A DNA stretch of 64,000 nucleotides, taken from Octopus vulgaris (taxonomy: Eukaryota). Numbering within the stretch: the first letter of the stretch is position 1; each line of letters begins with the position of its first letter. Below are positions 12,426 to 25,325 of this stretch, one piece after another. The position numbers were made by a program, and so were the translations under genes. The notes beneath the pieces were generated by a model. The model worked only from the letters and a program-made list of their open reading frames with translations, was not told the origin of the DNA and did not search any database. The stretch spans positions 43,338,001-43,402,000 of the forward strand of contig OX597821.1 in NCBI GenBank assembly GCA_951406725.2. The letters are read 5' to 3'.

Positions 12426-13423
12426 CAAACATGGTATCAAAATGTTCCTGGACTAGTTACGTTTAATGAAAAATTACTTATTTACCCAAGTTTTAACATC
12501 ATCTCCTTCGAAATAGTCACCTCATGCAGCAATACACCAGTTCCAGTGTTCCTGCCTAGAAGTTGTTTTCTGTGAGTCAAGGACCTTCAGCAATTCACTC
12601 TGGATCTTGACAATGGTGTTAAATTGGCGACCTCTAATCTACCTTTTCATCTCAGGGAAGAGTTGGAAGTCTGTAGGTGCTAAATCTGGTGAATAGGGCA
12701 GGTGTGGAAGTGATACCATGTTGCTTTTGGCGAGAAATTCATGAGTGAGGAGAGCTTAGTGACAGGGTGCATCCAGTTCTTCATGTTCCACAGATGCAGT
12801 TACTTTTGCTGAATGCTCTCCCTCAAATGTTTTAAAACTTCATTGATTGTTCTCCAGCAATCTTCATTCATTTACTAATGAATTTTCTCCACATTTTCAG
12901 GAGTGATGCTCATGGCAGGTCTTCCACATTAGTTATCATCTTCCAGGGATGTTCTTCCACTCTTGGAGTGCCCATTACATATGAACCATTGCTTCATTGC
13001 CTTAAGCTTGCTGAAGCATACTCAATGTCTCAGTAGCAGACTTCCCAAGTTTAATACAAAATTTCACATTGGCCCTTTGTTCTAACTTCCTGTCCATGGC
13101 AAAAATCACATAAATATCATCACAAAAACACAAATTCTATTACTTGCGCATTTAACACAGCAATGTAACTCGGTGCACTACCTCATGAAGGTCATTGTTT
13201 TACAGATGTATGCCCTTGTGTTTTAAGGAAGGAACCTCTCATTTCACACAGCTTTGAAGGCACAAAACCAGCAAATGATTTGTTGACAGGGAAAATGGCA
13301 ACAACATCACCAATTTGTAGTTCATAATTTCAAAGAAACTTGACTGTAAAGACATACATGTATGCACGTGATGCATACACGTGCACACACACATACCCTC
13401 CACACACAGACATGTGTATACAT

Positions 13424-13506
<83 letters not shown>

Positions 13507-13534
13507 TATACATATATATACATATATATATATA

Positions 13535-13606
<72 letters not shown>

Positions 13607-13721
13607 TCCAGTTTATTGCTGTACAAGGTGACTATTTCAAAGGAGATGATGTTAAAACTTAGGTAAATAAGTTACTTTTTATTAAACATAACTAGTCCGG
13701 GAACTTTTTGATACCACCTTG
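12426..13721 (-). mobile_element. Degenerate mariner element with internal TA/CA microsatellite
   Basis: TA-flanked TIRs CAAACATGGTATCAAAATGTTCCTGGACTAGTT / AACTAGTCCGGGAACTTTTTGATACCACCTTG, with decayed transposase-like interior. Confidence 0.7.
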
Positions 13722-15825
13722 TAAATTAACATGAAATTTTGATAGAAGATTTTTCATTAGAATGAAGTCATGCTGAAACAACACATTAAAATGTTTAGTT
13801 CAGCAAATTGACCCCAGTGTTTATGTATTAAATGCCTGGAACTTATTTTATTTGTCTCTTTTTGTTACAGGGACATAAACAAACCAACATCAGTTGTCAA
13901 GCAGTTGCTTGGAAGAATGACAAAGAGGCACACACATAGATATATACATACATGCATGTATTTTTGATGGGCTTCTTTCAGTTTCCATCAAACAAATCTA
14001 CTCACATGGCTTTGGTCAGCCTGGCACTATAGTAGAAAACACTTGCTCAAGGTGCCACATGGTGAGACTGAACTGAAAATCATGTTTTTGGGAAGCAAGC
14101 TTCTTGTAACACAGCCTTGATGTTTGTATCACAGAAAAAAGGGTTGTCTCAGGCAGGTTGGAATCAAAAGGGTTAAAAGACAATAGACATCCCTTATTAT
14201 TAAAACAGCACTAAAACAAGCCAAACATTCCTTAATAGCTGAAAAGAAATTACAACACACACACCTGCAGTCTGTAATTTATTTCTCTCAAAGAAGAAAC
14301 GGATACATACATTTTTTATTTATAATTAACAAAATTTCTTCCATTGTTATTTTTTTTTAATTGAATAATGAATTAAGTGCTATAATCTGGAAAACAATAA
14401 AAATTCATTGAACATTATTTATTTGTATAGATTTAATCATTTATTTAGCAGAAACCAACAAAAAAGCATCGATGAATTTAAACTGATAATTTATTTCTTT
14501 TGTTTAAATTATGGATAATGTTGCAACAGAAAGATGAAAAGATATTTCAAATTCAAGTATTGGTGCCATAATATCCAGCATATACTATTATGCATGATGA
14601 TAAGATAAAATTCCGAACAAAACTTCACAGCTCTACCTGGAATTTAATCTCAAATCCAAAAGTTGTCTGTTTGTCCAATTTCCAAAATAAAATAATTGTT
14701 GTTCACTGAAAAAGATGATATGATGCACAAATGAATTGAATATTTGGTCATTAGAGATGCTGCTTTCTGTTTTCATTGCAAGGCTTTTAATTAATTGGTT
14801 ATTAGCATTGGAAATATGTAAAAGATTCATCAAACAATGGTTTCTATGGCAAAAAAATGAACTCAAACCATCTATTAGCCATGTCTGTGTGCAGAGAATA
14901 TGAAAGCTACTGCTTTTCTGATCTCCAGGTAACAACATATGCATTGATAAGTTCTCTTGAATGAAACACATATTACTTTTGATTAATTGGTGAAGTAGCA
15001 GACTTTTGATGCCAATCTGCCTGAAACTGTCCTTGGTTCCATAATATAAATTCCCTGTTATAAAGTGATTTAAAATCAAGCCTTCCCTCAAAATTTCTTA
15101 TTAATCTATGTTTCAAACATTAGACTTAAAATGAAGAAGTTATTTTACTAAATTCTTCATTATCTTAAAAATCAATTGAAACACGGGCAGCCTATTTCAG
15201 CAGAAATATGGCAAAAAAAGGGGGTGGGGTTAAACGTACTGTTATTTGAAAGAAACTATGATTATACTTAAAAAAATAATAAAACAATTAAATATTTTAG
15301 AAAAGGCAGAAAAAACCTCCTGAAATTTATCTTTTAACTCAAACTGTCCCCTTCTCCACCACCGTCACCCCTACCACCTCTTCATATTACTTTTCAGAAA
15401 TTCAGTGGTGATTTTATAACAAACTGGACATCTGACATCCATAAAGTAACTATTTGGAGATTGTGCAAGTCTTTTTAGCTTACATTTCTGTCTTTCCTTT
15501 TTTCCTTGTCATGTGTTCCATATGATGTTCTGGATACTCATTCAATGACAAAACAGTGGAAGTATTGAGAGAAGTTGGCTATGAATCTTTCTAAAACAGT
15601 ACAACTATACTAGGATGGTGCAAGTGCTATGAGCAGCATCAATGCTGGAGGGTAAACTTTAATTAAAGAAATATATATATACATGTATATATATATATAT
15701 CAATAATAACAAAGGGTAAAATTAATTAATTAAGAAGTAATCAATAAATTTCACCAAGTAAAATTCGGTATGAAAACAGGACCGTTACACGGTAAATTTT
15801 AGTAATACTAATAAAAAGGGTTCAG

Positions 15826-16002
15826 CAAAGAATTGCCTCACCACACACAGAAGTTCAGAAATAGCAGCCAAAAATCTTAGCCATTTCTTCTACTTTAAAA
15901 AAGGTCTTGGTTTCTCTGGAAGACCCTTTTTAAAGTAGAAGAAATGGCTAAGATTTTTGGCTGCTATTTCTGAACTTCGGTGTGTGGTGAGGCAATTCTT
16001 TG
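15826..16002. repeat. Inverted repeat, 83-bp arms, 11-nt loop
   Basis: 2 mismatches. Confidence 0.95.
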
Positions 16003-17737
16003 TATCATCATCATCATCATCATCATTTAGCGTCCGTTCTCCATGCTAGCATGGGTTGGACGGTTCAACTGGGGTCTGTGAAGCTGGAAGGCTTCATCAG
16101 GCCCAGTCAGATCTGGCAGTGTTTCTACGGCTGGATGCCCTTCCTAACGCCAACCACTCCGTGAGTGTAGTGGGTGCTTTTTACGTGCCACCTGCACAGG
16201 TGCCAGGCGAGGCTGGCAACGGACACGAACGGATGGTGCTTTTACGTGCCACCAACACGGGGGCCAGACAGAGCTGGCAAACGGCCACGAAACGGATGGT
16301 ACTTTTACGTGTCACCGGCACGGGGGCCAGACAGGGCTGGCAAACGGACACGAACGGATGGTGCTTTTACGTGTCACCGGCACGGGGGCCAGACAGAGCT
16401 GGCAAACGGCCACAAACGGATGGTACTTTTACGTGTCACCGGCACGGGGGCCAGGCCAGGCTGGCAACGAACACGAACGGATGGTGCTTTTACGTGCCAC
16501 CTACACGGGGGCCAGACAGGGCTGGCGAACGGCTACGAACGGATGGTACTTTTACGTGTCACCTGCACGGGGGCCCTGATGTTGATCGACCTCAATTTGG
16601 TTTGATCTTGATTTTGACTGTTCTCACTGGTCTTGCCGGGTTTTCTCACGCACAGCATACCTCCAAAGGTCTCGGTCACTGGTCATTTCCTTGGTGAGAC
16701 CTAAAGTTCGAAGGTCGTGCTTCACCGCCTCGACCCAGGTTTTCCTGGGTCTACCTCTTCCACAGGTCCCCTTAACTGCCAGGGTGTGGCACTTTCGCAC
16801 ACAACTATCTTCAGCCATTCTCATCACATGACCATACCAGCGCATACGTCTCTCTTGCACACAACAACTGATACTTCTTAGGTTCAACTTTTCTCTCAAG
16901 GTACTTACACTCTGTCGATTATGAACACTGACGTTACACATCCATCGGAGCATACTAGCTTCATTTCTTGCGAGCTTATGCAAATCCTCAGCAGTCACAG
17001 CCCAAGTTTCACTACCATGTAGCATGGCTGTATGTACACATGCATCATACAGTCTGCCTTTTACTTTGAGCGAGAGGCCTTTTGTCACCAGCAGAGGTAA
17101 GAGCTCTCTAAACTTTGCCCAGGCTATTCTTACTCTAGCAGTTATACTCTCAGCGCACCCGCCCCCGCTACTGACTTGGTCACCTAGGTAACGGAAACTA
17201 TCAACTACTTCTAGCTTTTCTCCCTGGAAAGTGACGGAAGTTGGTCTCAGAGCATCTTCAGTGTTAATTGTTCCTGAGCATCTGCCACATACAAAAACCA
17301 TCTTCCTAGTTAGCCTTCCTTTCACATTGCTGCACCTCTTATGTGTCCATAGCTTACACTTGGTGCATCTTATAGAGTTTCTACCTACACCTTTTCTACA
17401 GATCGAGCAGGGCCATCTACCTGAAGGCGTTTGTGATTGGTCTACCTTCCTACTTATTAGGACTTTGGTTTTGGCTAGGTTGATTCTAAGGCCCTTCGAT
17501 TCTAAACCTTGTTTCCATACCTGAAACTTCTCCTCTAGTTCTGATAGAGACTCAGCAATTAGAGCAAGGTCATCAGCATAGAGGAGCTCCCAGGGGCATC
17601 CTGTCTTGAATTCCTCCGTTATTGCCTGGAGGACTATGATAAATAGGAGGGGACTGAGGACTGAACCTTGGTGGACCCCAACCTCTACCCTGAATTCTTC
17701 ACTGTACTCGGTGCCAACCCTCACCTTACTAGCAGCG
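16003..17737 (-). mobile_element. 5'-truncated RTE-clade LINE (RT C-half, Cys-rich insert, 3' UTR, (GAT)n tail)
   Basis: Open 366-aa ORF (16624-17724) with GVHQGSVLSP, LLYADDL, FRYLG and WYGHV motifs, followed by a 3' UTR ending in GAT repeats at ~16004-16025. Confidence 0.92.
16170..16575. repeat. ~59-60 bp tandem repeat (about 7 units) in the RTE 3' UTR
   Basis: Recurrent CTTTTACGTGyCACC...GGGCCAG...CTGGCAA...ACGGATGGT units. Confidence 0.85.
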
Positions 17738-17889
17738 TATATTAGAAGAAATGAGGTACTCAGAAATCTGGATGGTTTTATATTTACAGATATTTATTAA
17801 TATATCACATGTTTTTATGTGACATATTAATAAATATCTGTAAATATAAGACCATTCAGATTTCTGAGTACCTCATTTCTTCTAATATA
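17738..17889. repeat. Inverted repeat, 73-bp arms, 6-nt loop
   Basis: 3 mismatches. Confidence 0.95.
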
Positions 17890-18048
17890 TAATACCTGTA
17901 TGTCATCGCCAAACCTTCTAATATATATATATATACTGTGTATAAATAAATTTAGATAAGGCCAGTTTGTTGGATTAGCCTAGGTGTCATGTCCATAGAG
18001 CATTCAGCTTTACAGTGTATCATCAGATCTCAAAACCTGTTGGCTTAA

Positions 18049-20062
18049 CACGTTTTCTGCCAACTACGAGTTATCTTATAGTTGGCAATCTATACAATTT
18101 TGCCAGGTATGAGCATACTCGTAGAGGTCTATTTTATTGTAACACGCTTAAAATGAACTGGTGTCTGGAACTAACATTGTGAGTGCATTGTGGAAACACT
18201 AAAGACACCCTTTATTTGCCCAATATAGGAGTTAACTCATATCATGGCACCTGCCAGGAAATATATTTGGTAAAACATCTATATATATCAGGTATAAGAA
18301 AAAAATTTTTCTTTTTATGATTTATTGCAATTTTTTACAATTGGGTTGTAATAGCATATCATGGATGAGAATTTCAAACATATGTAGACCAATTTTCTTG
18401 TACCAACGGAGTGTTTCCGAGGACAAGAATAATAGGAAAGCATTTGATCTGATCTATCTATTCCTGACATATCGTTGTTATAATCTCTTACAATATTGGG
18501 CTTCTTTGATTGTTTTTCCATTACAATTTATCACATCTACCATTTCCATTTGGTACATATTACTAATTGTCAATACATCTCTCTTGTCTTTCCATTTGCA
18601 CACAACTACTTCGTCTGATCTTCTCCATTCTGACTCTCCTTTCTTCAACTTCTTTTTACCAAATCCTTTGGGTTGTCTTTTCGGGTAAACCTCAGAGTTC
18701 CACACATATATGTAGATCACTGTGACATTGCTTTTGTCAAAGGAATAGAGTTGTAGTAATTATCTGTGTACAGAATATAACCTTTACCAAGAACTCATCC
18801 ATCAGACTAAGCACAACTTGACCCGAATGTCCCAAGATGCCAGTTGGAGCGTCTTGCTTTCCTGAATAGATCAAAATTTTTTGAACAATACTACTTGATT
18901 CACACAGTTCATACAACTTTACACCATTCTTATATCTCTTGGTTCTTTATGTACTGACGAAATACTTACTGACCACGCTAAAGTACCATGGACTTGTCAA
19001 TACAAACTTCTCTCTCTGGGATATATAATTCTTCCATAATATTATTGAAATATCTAAGAATGGGATTAATTTTATGCAAACGATCACCATTATCTTCGTT
19101 GTTTGAAAAATGAAGAAATCGGAACAGCAACTGAAAACGATTCTGACTCATTACAGAAGGAAAAACGAGGTGATTTGTATAAAATGTTAATGGACCAATA
19201 ACTTTCTACAGATGGTTTGGGATATGTGCCCATTTGTTACATCAGGCCAAAGAAACACTTCATTTCTGTCACATTTGCTGTGTGCCACTCTTTGAACCGG
19301 GATGATCTTTGTACAAGACCTTGTTATTGATCTAATATCTGCATAGCATAAGCATTAGTTTCCTCAATTAATACAGTCCAAAATTCTTCTGTCAGAAATT
19401 GGTCGATGGCTTCTCCTATAGTGTTAGTGTTGAGTTCAATCTTCAGTCCTGGAGTTGCAGTGAAGGGAAAATTAGGTGGATTTGTCACTGTATATGACCA
19501 AGTATTAGATGTCGATGCAGTTGGTGCCAGAGAACTTGGTGCAGTTGGTGCAGGAGAACTGCATTGTCTCTTATGACCTCGAGCAACTAATTGTTTATCT
19601 TTGTCAGTAGAACTGGCATCACTGGTGTTACTTCCACCGGTATTTGCTACGTAATTTTTATCCAAAGCATCTGAGTATTCACTCTCTGACTCTAAAACAT
19701 CATCTTCCAATTGTTTATTTTCTGCGAATTTGTGAAGCATTCCAGCAATTTTTTTCATTGGAAAGGCTTTTTAAATTTATAATAGTTCTTTATAAATCTG
19801 AAAAAATAGAGAAAACATTATACAATGAAGAGACATAGTCAAATAATGAATAACAAACCCTCAAAGCCTTCATAGCAAAACAATCTGAGCATTTGGCATT
19901 GCTACAAGATAACTCGTATCACGTCATTGTAGTGTAACTACACGTATTATGTACCTATGTACCACCACACAAAATATATCAGCTTTCTGATTTGAGAAAG
20001 TTAATAAAACCCTTTTGGTAAATAGAAACAGATCATATCAATATCCTGTGGCAGGCAACGTG
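18049..20062 (-). mobile_element. Degenerate full-length piggyBac (PGBD4-like) DNA transposon
   Basis: TTAA TSDs at 18045-18048 and 20063-20066. TIRs CACGTTnnCTGCCA and a subterminal TACGAGTTATCT repeat. Broken transposase from ATG 19758 with FRQYIKN, GVKLYELC, YTDNYY and YNNDMSGIDRSDQM motifs. Confidence 0.9.
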
Positions 20063-20066
20063 TTAA

Positions 20067-20698
20067 GGTCTCTCTAGCGAGTGGCCTCTCTAGAATATGG
20101 AGGAGGAAAGGACCTTACTACTCAGTACAAACAACAGGGGATTGTCTCCCTTTAGCTATTGACCACAAGTGACCCTGTTATCATATGGGTTCCAATAGGC
20201 CAGCAGGAATTTCCTGAAAGGCAAGCAAAGTCCAAAGACCTCCGTTCTGTAGTTAAGGAAGTTCGCTGGGTTGAGGGAGTCCTTTAGAATCCTCTCCTCT
20301 TCTGCTATGCATAGTTTACAATGCTTGGTCCTGTTTATGTACGGGCCTATATTTTCTAGGAATCCCATTGTCTTTCAGCTGACATACATGGCTGGCTAGT
20401 GACTCCTTTCCAGTATCCTGAAGGAGGATCTGTGGTTGGAGAAGCATTGTTTGAATGTGTTACCAGAGTATCCAATGTATCTCAATGGTTGGGTGTTGGT
20501 GGCACTGTGTCTGTTGGTGTTCCTGCTACCACTGTTGCTGGTACTGGTGCTGTTGGTGTTGGCATCATTGCAGATGGCGATGGTATTGGTGCCATTACTA
20601 CTGGTGTTGGTAATGGTGGTGTTGTTGTTCTGCTCATAGTTGTTGATGGAGGCATTGTCACTACTGTTATAGATATCAGTGGCGATAGCTCTGTATAT
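20067..20698 (-). mobile_element. Penelope-like element 3' remnant (GIY-YIG endonuclease); appears to continue at ~17940-18044 beyond the piggyBac insertion
   Basis: Translation IYRA...[21 protein letters not shown], then after a stop HCKLCIAEEERI...NFLNYRTEVFGLC...KFLL, the typical PLE GIY-YIG C-terminus. Confidence 0.75.
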
Positions 20699-23600
20699 GT
20701 ATTTATATATATGTATATATGTATATATATGTATGTATGTATATAAATATATATATATATGTATATAAATAAATAAATATATATATATAAATAAATAAAT
20801 ATATATATATATATATGTGTGTGTGTATATATATATATAATATTTACATTGTTTTAATCTCTGATTACATTTGTTGATTGTTGATTCAGTTAAGAATCAA
20901 AGAGATCAATACAAATCAATATATGATGTTTTATGAAAGTTGCCGCTACATACAAAGAAAAGAGTTTAAAATGACTTTTAGATCAATAATAGATCAGGAC
21001 ACCTTGAAACAACTAAGATCACCTTATCTGAATATAAAGGAGTTATTGTTACCTTAATAAGTGTGAGAAACAATAGGACAATGGATATGGGTGGTGACAC
21101 AGATACAAAAGGTAATGGTTACCTATTAACCTTGTCTAGCATCAAGATCACAGAAAGAATTCTTGGCCTAATTCCACCTGCTGATATACTACAACTGTCA
21201 ATGGAACTTGGACTTATTGGGGCCATAAAACTAATTTCAACTGTTCATACGGAAATATATTAAGAAAATGGAAATCATCGAAGAAATGGAAGCAAAAGTT
21301 GAAGATATGTTATATAACCCTTTCTACTATAGGCACAAGGCCTGAAATTTCAAGGGAGGGGACTAGTTGACAACATCAGCTCCCAGTGCTTAACTGGTAC
21401 TTATTTTATTGACCCAAAAAGAATGAAAGGGAAAGTTGACCCTGGTGGAATTTGAACTCAGAACGTAAAGACAGATGAAATGCTGTAAACATTGCATCCA
21501 TTGTGCTAATGATCCTGCCAGCTTACCATCTTGAAATATTATATAATCAAGAAGTTATTCCTGATGCTGGTTTTACAAGACCCAACTAAATGTACATTGC
21601 TCAACATGTATTATACTAGTACCATTTTAACTGAGATTGCTTCTTGTTCTATGACACAAAATTCATATTTTAAAATGATTTAAGTCAAAACCTTTTATAA
21701 GTATTTCATGTTGATTTATGTAGCAAACAGCTTAATGACAAAATTTCTTTACAAAATTCTTCATTTTCATTTTCAATAGAAATATGGTAACAAAAGGGTT
21801 AACAGAAACAAGGCATGCTACTAATGATGAAACAATTCTTCAATAATCATTTTTTGTATTAGATGATTGAGACAATGAAGAAAATTTTAATGTGATTTGT
21901 AGATTGTAATGGCCTTTATCATGCTACTTAATTTGTTACTTCAGAAAATGTCTTTTATTTGAAATCTCTTCTGCCATTGAGTAATCTTGGAATGAAGCAG
22001 CTATCACCAGAAGGAATAGCAGCAATAAACAAGTTTTCTTTCTTTTTTCTTTTTCTTTTCTTTTTTTTTGTTATTGAGAAATATCAACAACAATGACTGA
22101 TATTCTTGAGGCTGTTTTTCAGCAAAGAGAAGCATTTCAAGACTCCTGCTAGCTTTTAGCTATCTTGGCTACATTTCTATTCTACATTTCATGTTCCCTT
22201 GTAATGTCTGAGTTGTTATTTTCAATACTTGCCAGAATTGACAGATCTCAGTGCTGATCCTTGCTTCAATAATGTACAGTCATTTTCTCTTGGCCTCTTT
22301 GAAAGCAAAAAAAAAACAAACAATGGACATGGATATGGGTATGAATCAATTTATAAACTTGTATTCAGATATTTTAATTTTAGAAATAAATTTATTTTCA
22401 TAATGTACTGTAAAATAAACATGTATATTAAAACACTGCTATTATAAAAGCTTTGCTATATAGCAAACAAATATATCAAAACATTACTGTTATAAAAATA
22501 TGATCCTCTCCCACTAAGATTAATGAAACCCCACCAGAAGTAAAATTCTAGTTAGTTGTCTGATAATTGCCTTTCTTATAGCAGTACAAGTGCCTGTCCT
22601 AAGCATTTTCATGAGTTTGTCCTAAACATCTATGCTTATTTTCAGACTTTTGGTTAACCTTTGTTTTCATATGTCCTTAGTAATATAAAGCTTTCCTTTC
22701 CTAAGTCCCAAGTTACTCTGGTGGCTGAAAAAATGTGTAATGTGTATCATATATGATGCATGGATGCCATGAAAATATGTCCTGTGTGTTACATGTGACA
22801 CACAGGACAAGCATTAGGTTAATTAAAAAATTATAAGATTTATATATATATATTTGGAAATATGCCGTGCGTGAGAAGACCCAGCAAACCAAATGGGACC
22901 ATAATCTCGTGGCCTATGCCAGGGGCGTTACCAGCCCTCTTATGCATACCTTTTCCTTCTTTGGACACTAAAATTCTGCTTGCGAAGACCTGTTGAGGCA
23001 AGTGAAATCAAAAATCAAAAATCAAAATCACTATCAAAACCAAAATCAAATTCGATGACTGGCGTCCATGCTAGCAGGGTGCAAAGAGCACCATACGAGT
23101 GTGATCATTGACAGAGTGGCTAACCGGCTTCAGTGCCAGTGGCACTTAAAAGGCACCATTCGAGCATGATCGTTACCAGCGTCGCCTTACTGGCACTTGA
23201 GCCCCGTGCTAGTAGGGTATTAAGAGCACCATTCAAGTGTGATCATTGCCAGAGCGGCTATCTGGCCTCCATGCCGGTGGCATGTAAAAGACATCATTCG
23301 AGCATGATCATTACCAACATTGCCTTACTGGCACCTGTGCCGGTGGCATGTGTAAAAGATTCAAGCGAGGTTGTTGCCAGTACCACTTGACTAGTCCCAT
23401 GCCAGTGGCACGTAAAAGCACCTACTACACTCTCGGAGTGGTTGGCGTTAGGAAGGGCATCCAGCTGTAGAATCTCTGCCAGATCAAGATTGAAGCCTGG
23501 TGCAGCCATCTGGTTCGCCCGCCCTCAGTCAAATCGTCCAACCCATGCTAGCATGGAAAGCGGACGTTAAACGATGATGCGTGCTGAAAACTTCCAAAAA

Positions 23601-25277
23601 TTGTGTCACTACAAGTATATGCAGACTGTAGTGTTGCATGGTAACATAACATAAGCAATGAGAGTGTTTAGGCAAAAGGCTGGAAATGAGCAAAGTGAGC
23701 ATGCTCTGTTGGATGTGTAATGTTAGTGTAAATGAAAGATGGAGCATAAATGAGCTGAGGGAAACACTGGGTGTAGGAGGAATGAGATGCAGTGTACAAG
23801 AAAGAAGACTGTGGTGGAATTGACATGTGATTCACTTGGGGGATGAGAGCAGAAGTACCAAGGGATTTAAGTAGGGAAGTAAAAAGAAGGAAGACATGGA
23901 ACAAAGCAGTGAAGGCTGACCTCAACAAACTCGATCTCATGAAGGAGATGATAAAGGAATAACAACTAATAGGGACAGATTCTGTATGGTAGAAGATGTA
24001 TCCAACCTATGTAAGCATGGAAAACAAAAAACTTTGTTTCTTGGAAAGGTTGTAAGTGGAGTTATTGTGACCATCATTGCCATAGTAGTCCACCCCCACC
24101 CCACACACTACTTTTAACTGAACAGTTAAAAATATATGTTGAAAGAAGCTACAAAAAAGAATTATAAACCTAGAAGTGTCAGGAGTAGTATGGGTGACAG
24201 TGGTGGTGGCAGTGGTGGCGGTGGAAGTGGTGGTGGTGGAAGTGGTGGCTGTGGTAGTTGTGGTTGTGGTTGTGGTTGTGGTGGTTGGTTGTGAAGGTTG
24301 AAGTGACTTAATTTAAAGACTATATGAATGTAAATGACAAAGATTAAGGTGTTGATTCCAGGCTGAAAAAATACTGTGCCACAATCAATGAAAACAAAAG
24401 ATAAAAACAAACAAACAAACAGCAAAAAACTAAACTGAAAAGACAGAACCATGTTTGGTGTAGAGGAACAGACAACAAGCCAATATTATGTAGCAAGTGC
24501 AATCAATAGCTGCACATTTCCAGGCAAATTGACAATGAATTTACTGTTGTAAATTGTTAGGCACACTGCCACACCAGACATAGCTACCAAAATTAGGATA
24601 AACCTACAAGGGAGCCTCATGTAGTAGCTCAACCTACAAGAAATAGTAGCCAAATCTCCCTTAAGCCTTTTAATACCAAACCACCCAAAACTACCTTGGT
24701 TCTATGACAAAAAAGAAAAGAAAATTGTTGTTTTAAAGTGATCTAAATTAAAACCTTCCATCAAAATTCTATGCTAATTTATGTTCCAAGGACCAATTTA
24801 ATATTGGTTTCAAATTTTGGCTCAAGGACAGCAATTTCAGGGAAGGGAGATAAGTGATTACATCGACCCCAGTGCTCAACTGTCACTTATTTTATCGACC
24901 CTTGAAAGGACGAAAGACAAAGTTGACCTTGGTGGAATTTTAACTCAGAATGTAAAAATGGATGAAATGCCGCTAATCATCTTACCTGGTATGCAAATGA
25001 TTCTGCCAGCTCGCCCCCTTTGCAATAATATTGACAAATTTATTTTGCTAACTACTATGTTAATTTTCAAAATGAATTAAAACAGTGGTTGTGTATTTCA
25101 AGAGAAATTTGGTAGCAAAAGAGTTAATTTACACACAGTTCTTTTGAATAAGGTTTGTAAGTCTGCTTGATCAGGGCTGACAAAGAACTAACCAACAATA
25201 CCATCCAACAAAATTTAGGGCAAAACGAAAACTCAAATGGAATTTTAGGGATTTAAATAAATAGTGATTCCTGCAGC

Positions 25278-25325
<48 letters not shown>

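Noticed and set aside
14633-15091. 152-aa minus-strand ORF
   Set aside because: Non-ATG start, no recognisable domain, and begins inside a repeat.
16056-16697. 213-aa repeat ORF and CRISPR-like 60-bp periodicity
   Set aside because: Antisense to the RTE 3' UTR; the intervening segments are homologous to each other rather than unique spacers.
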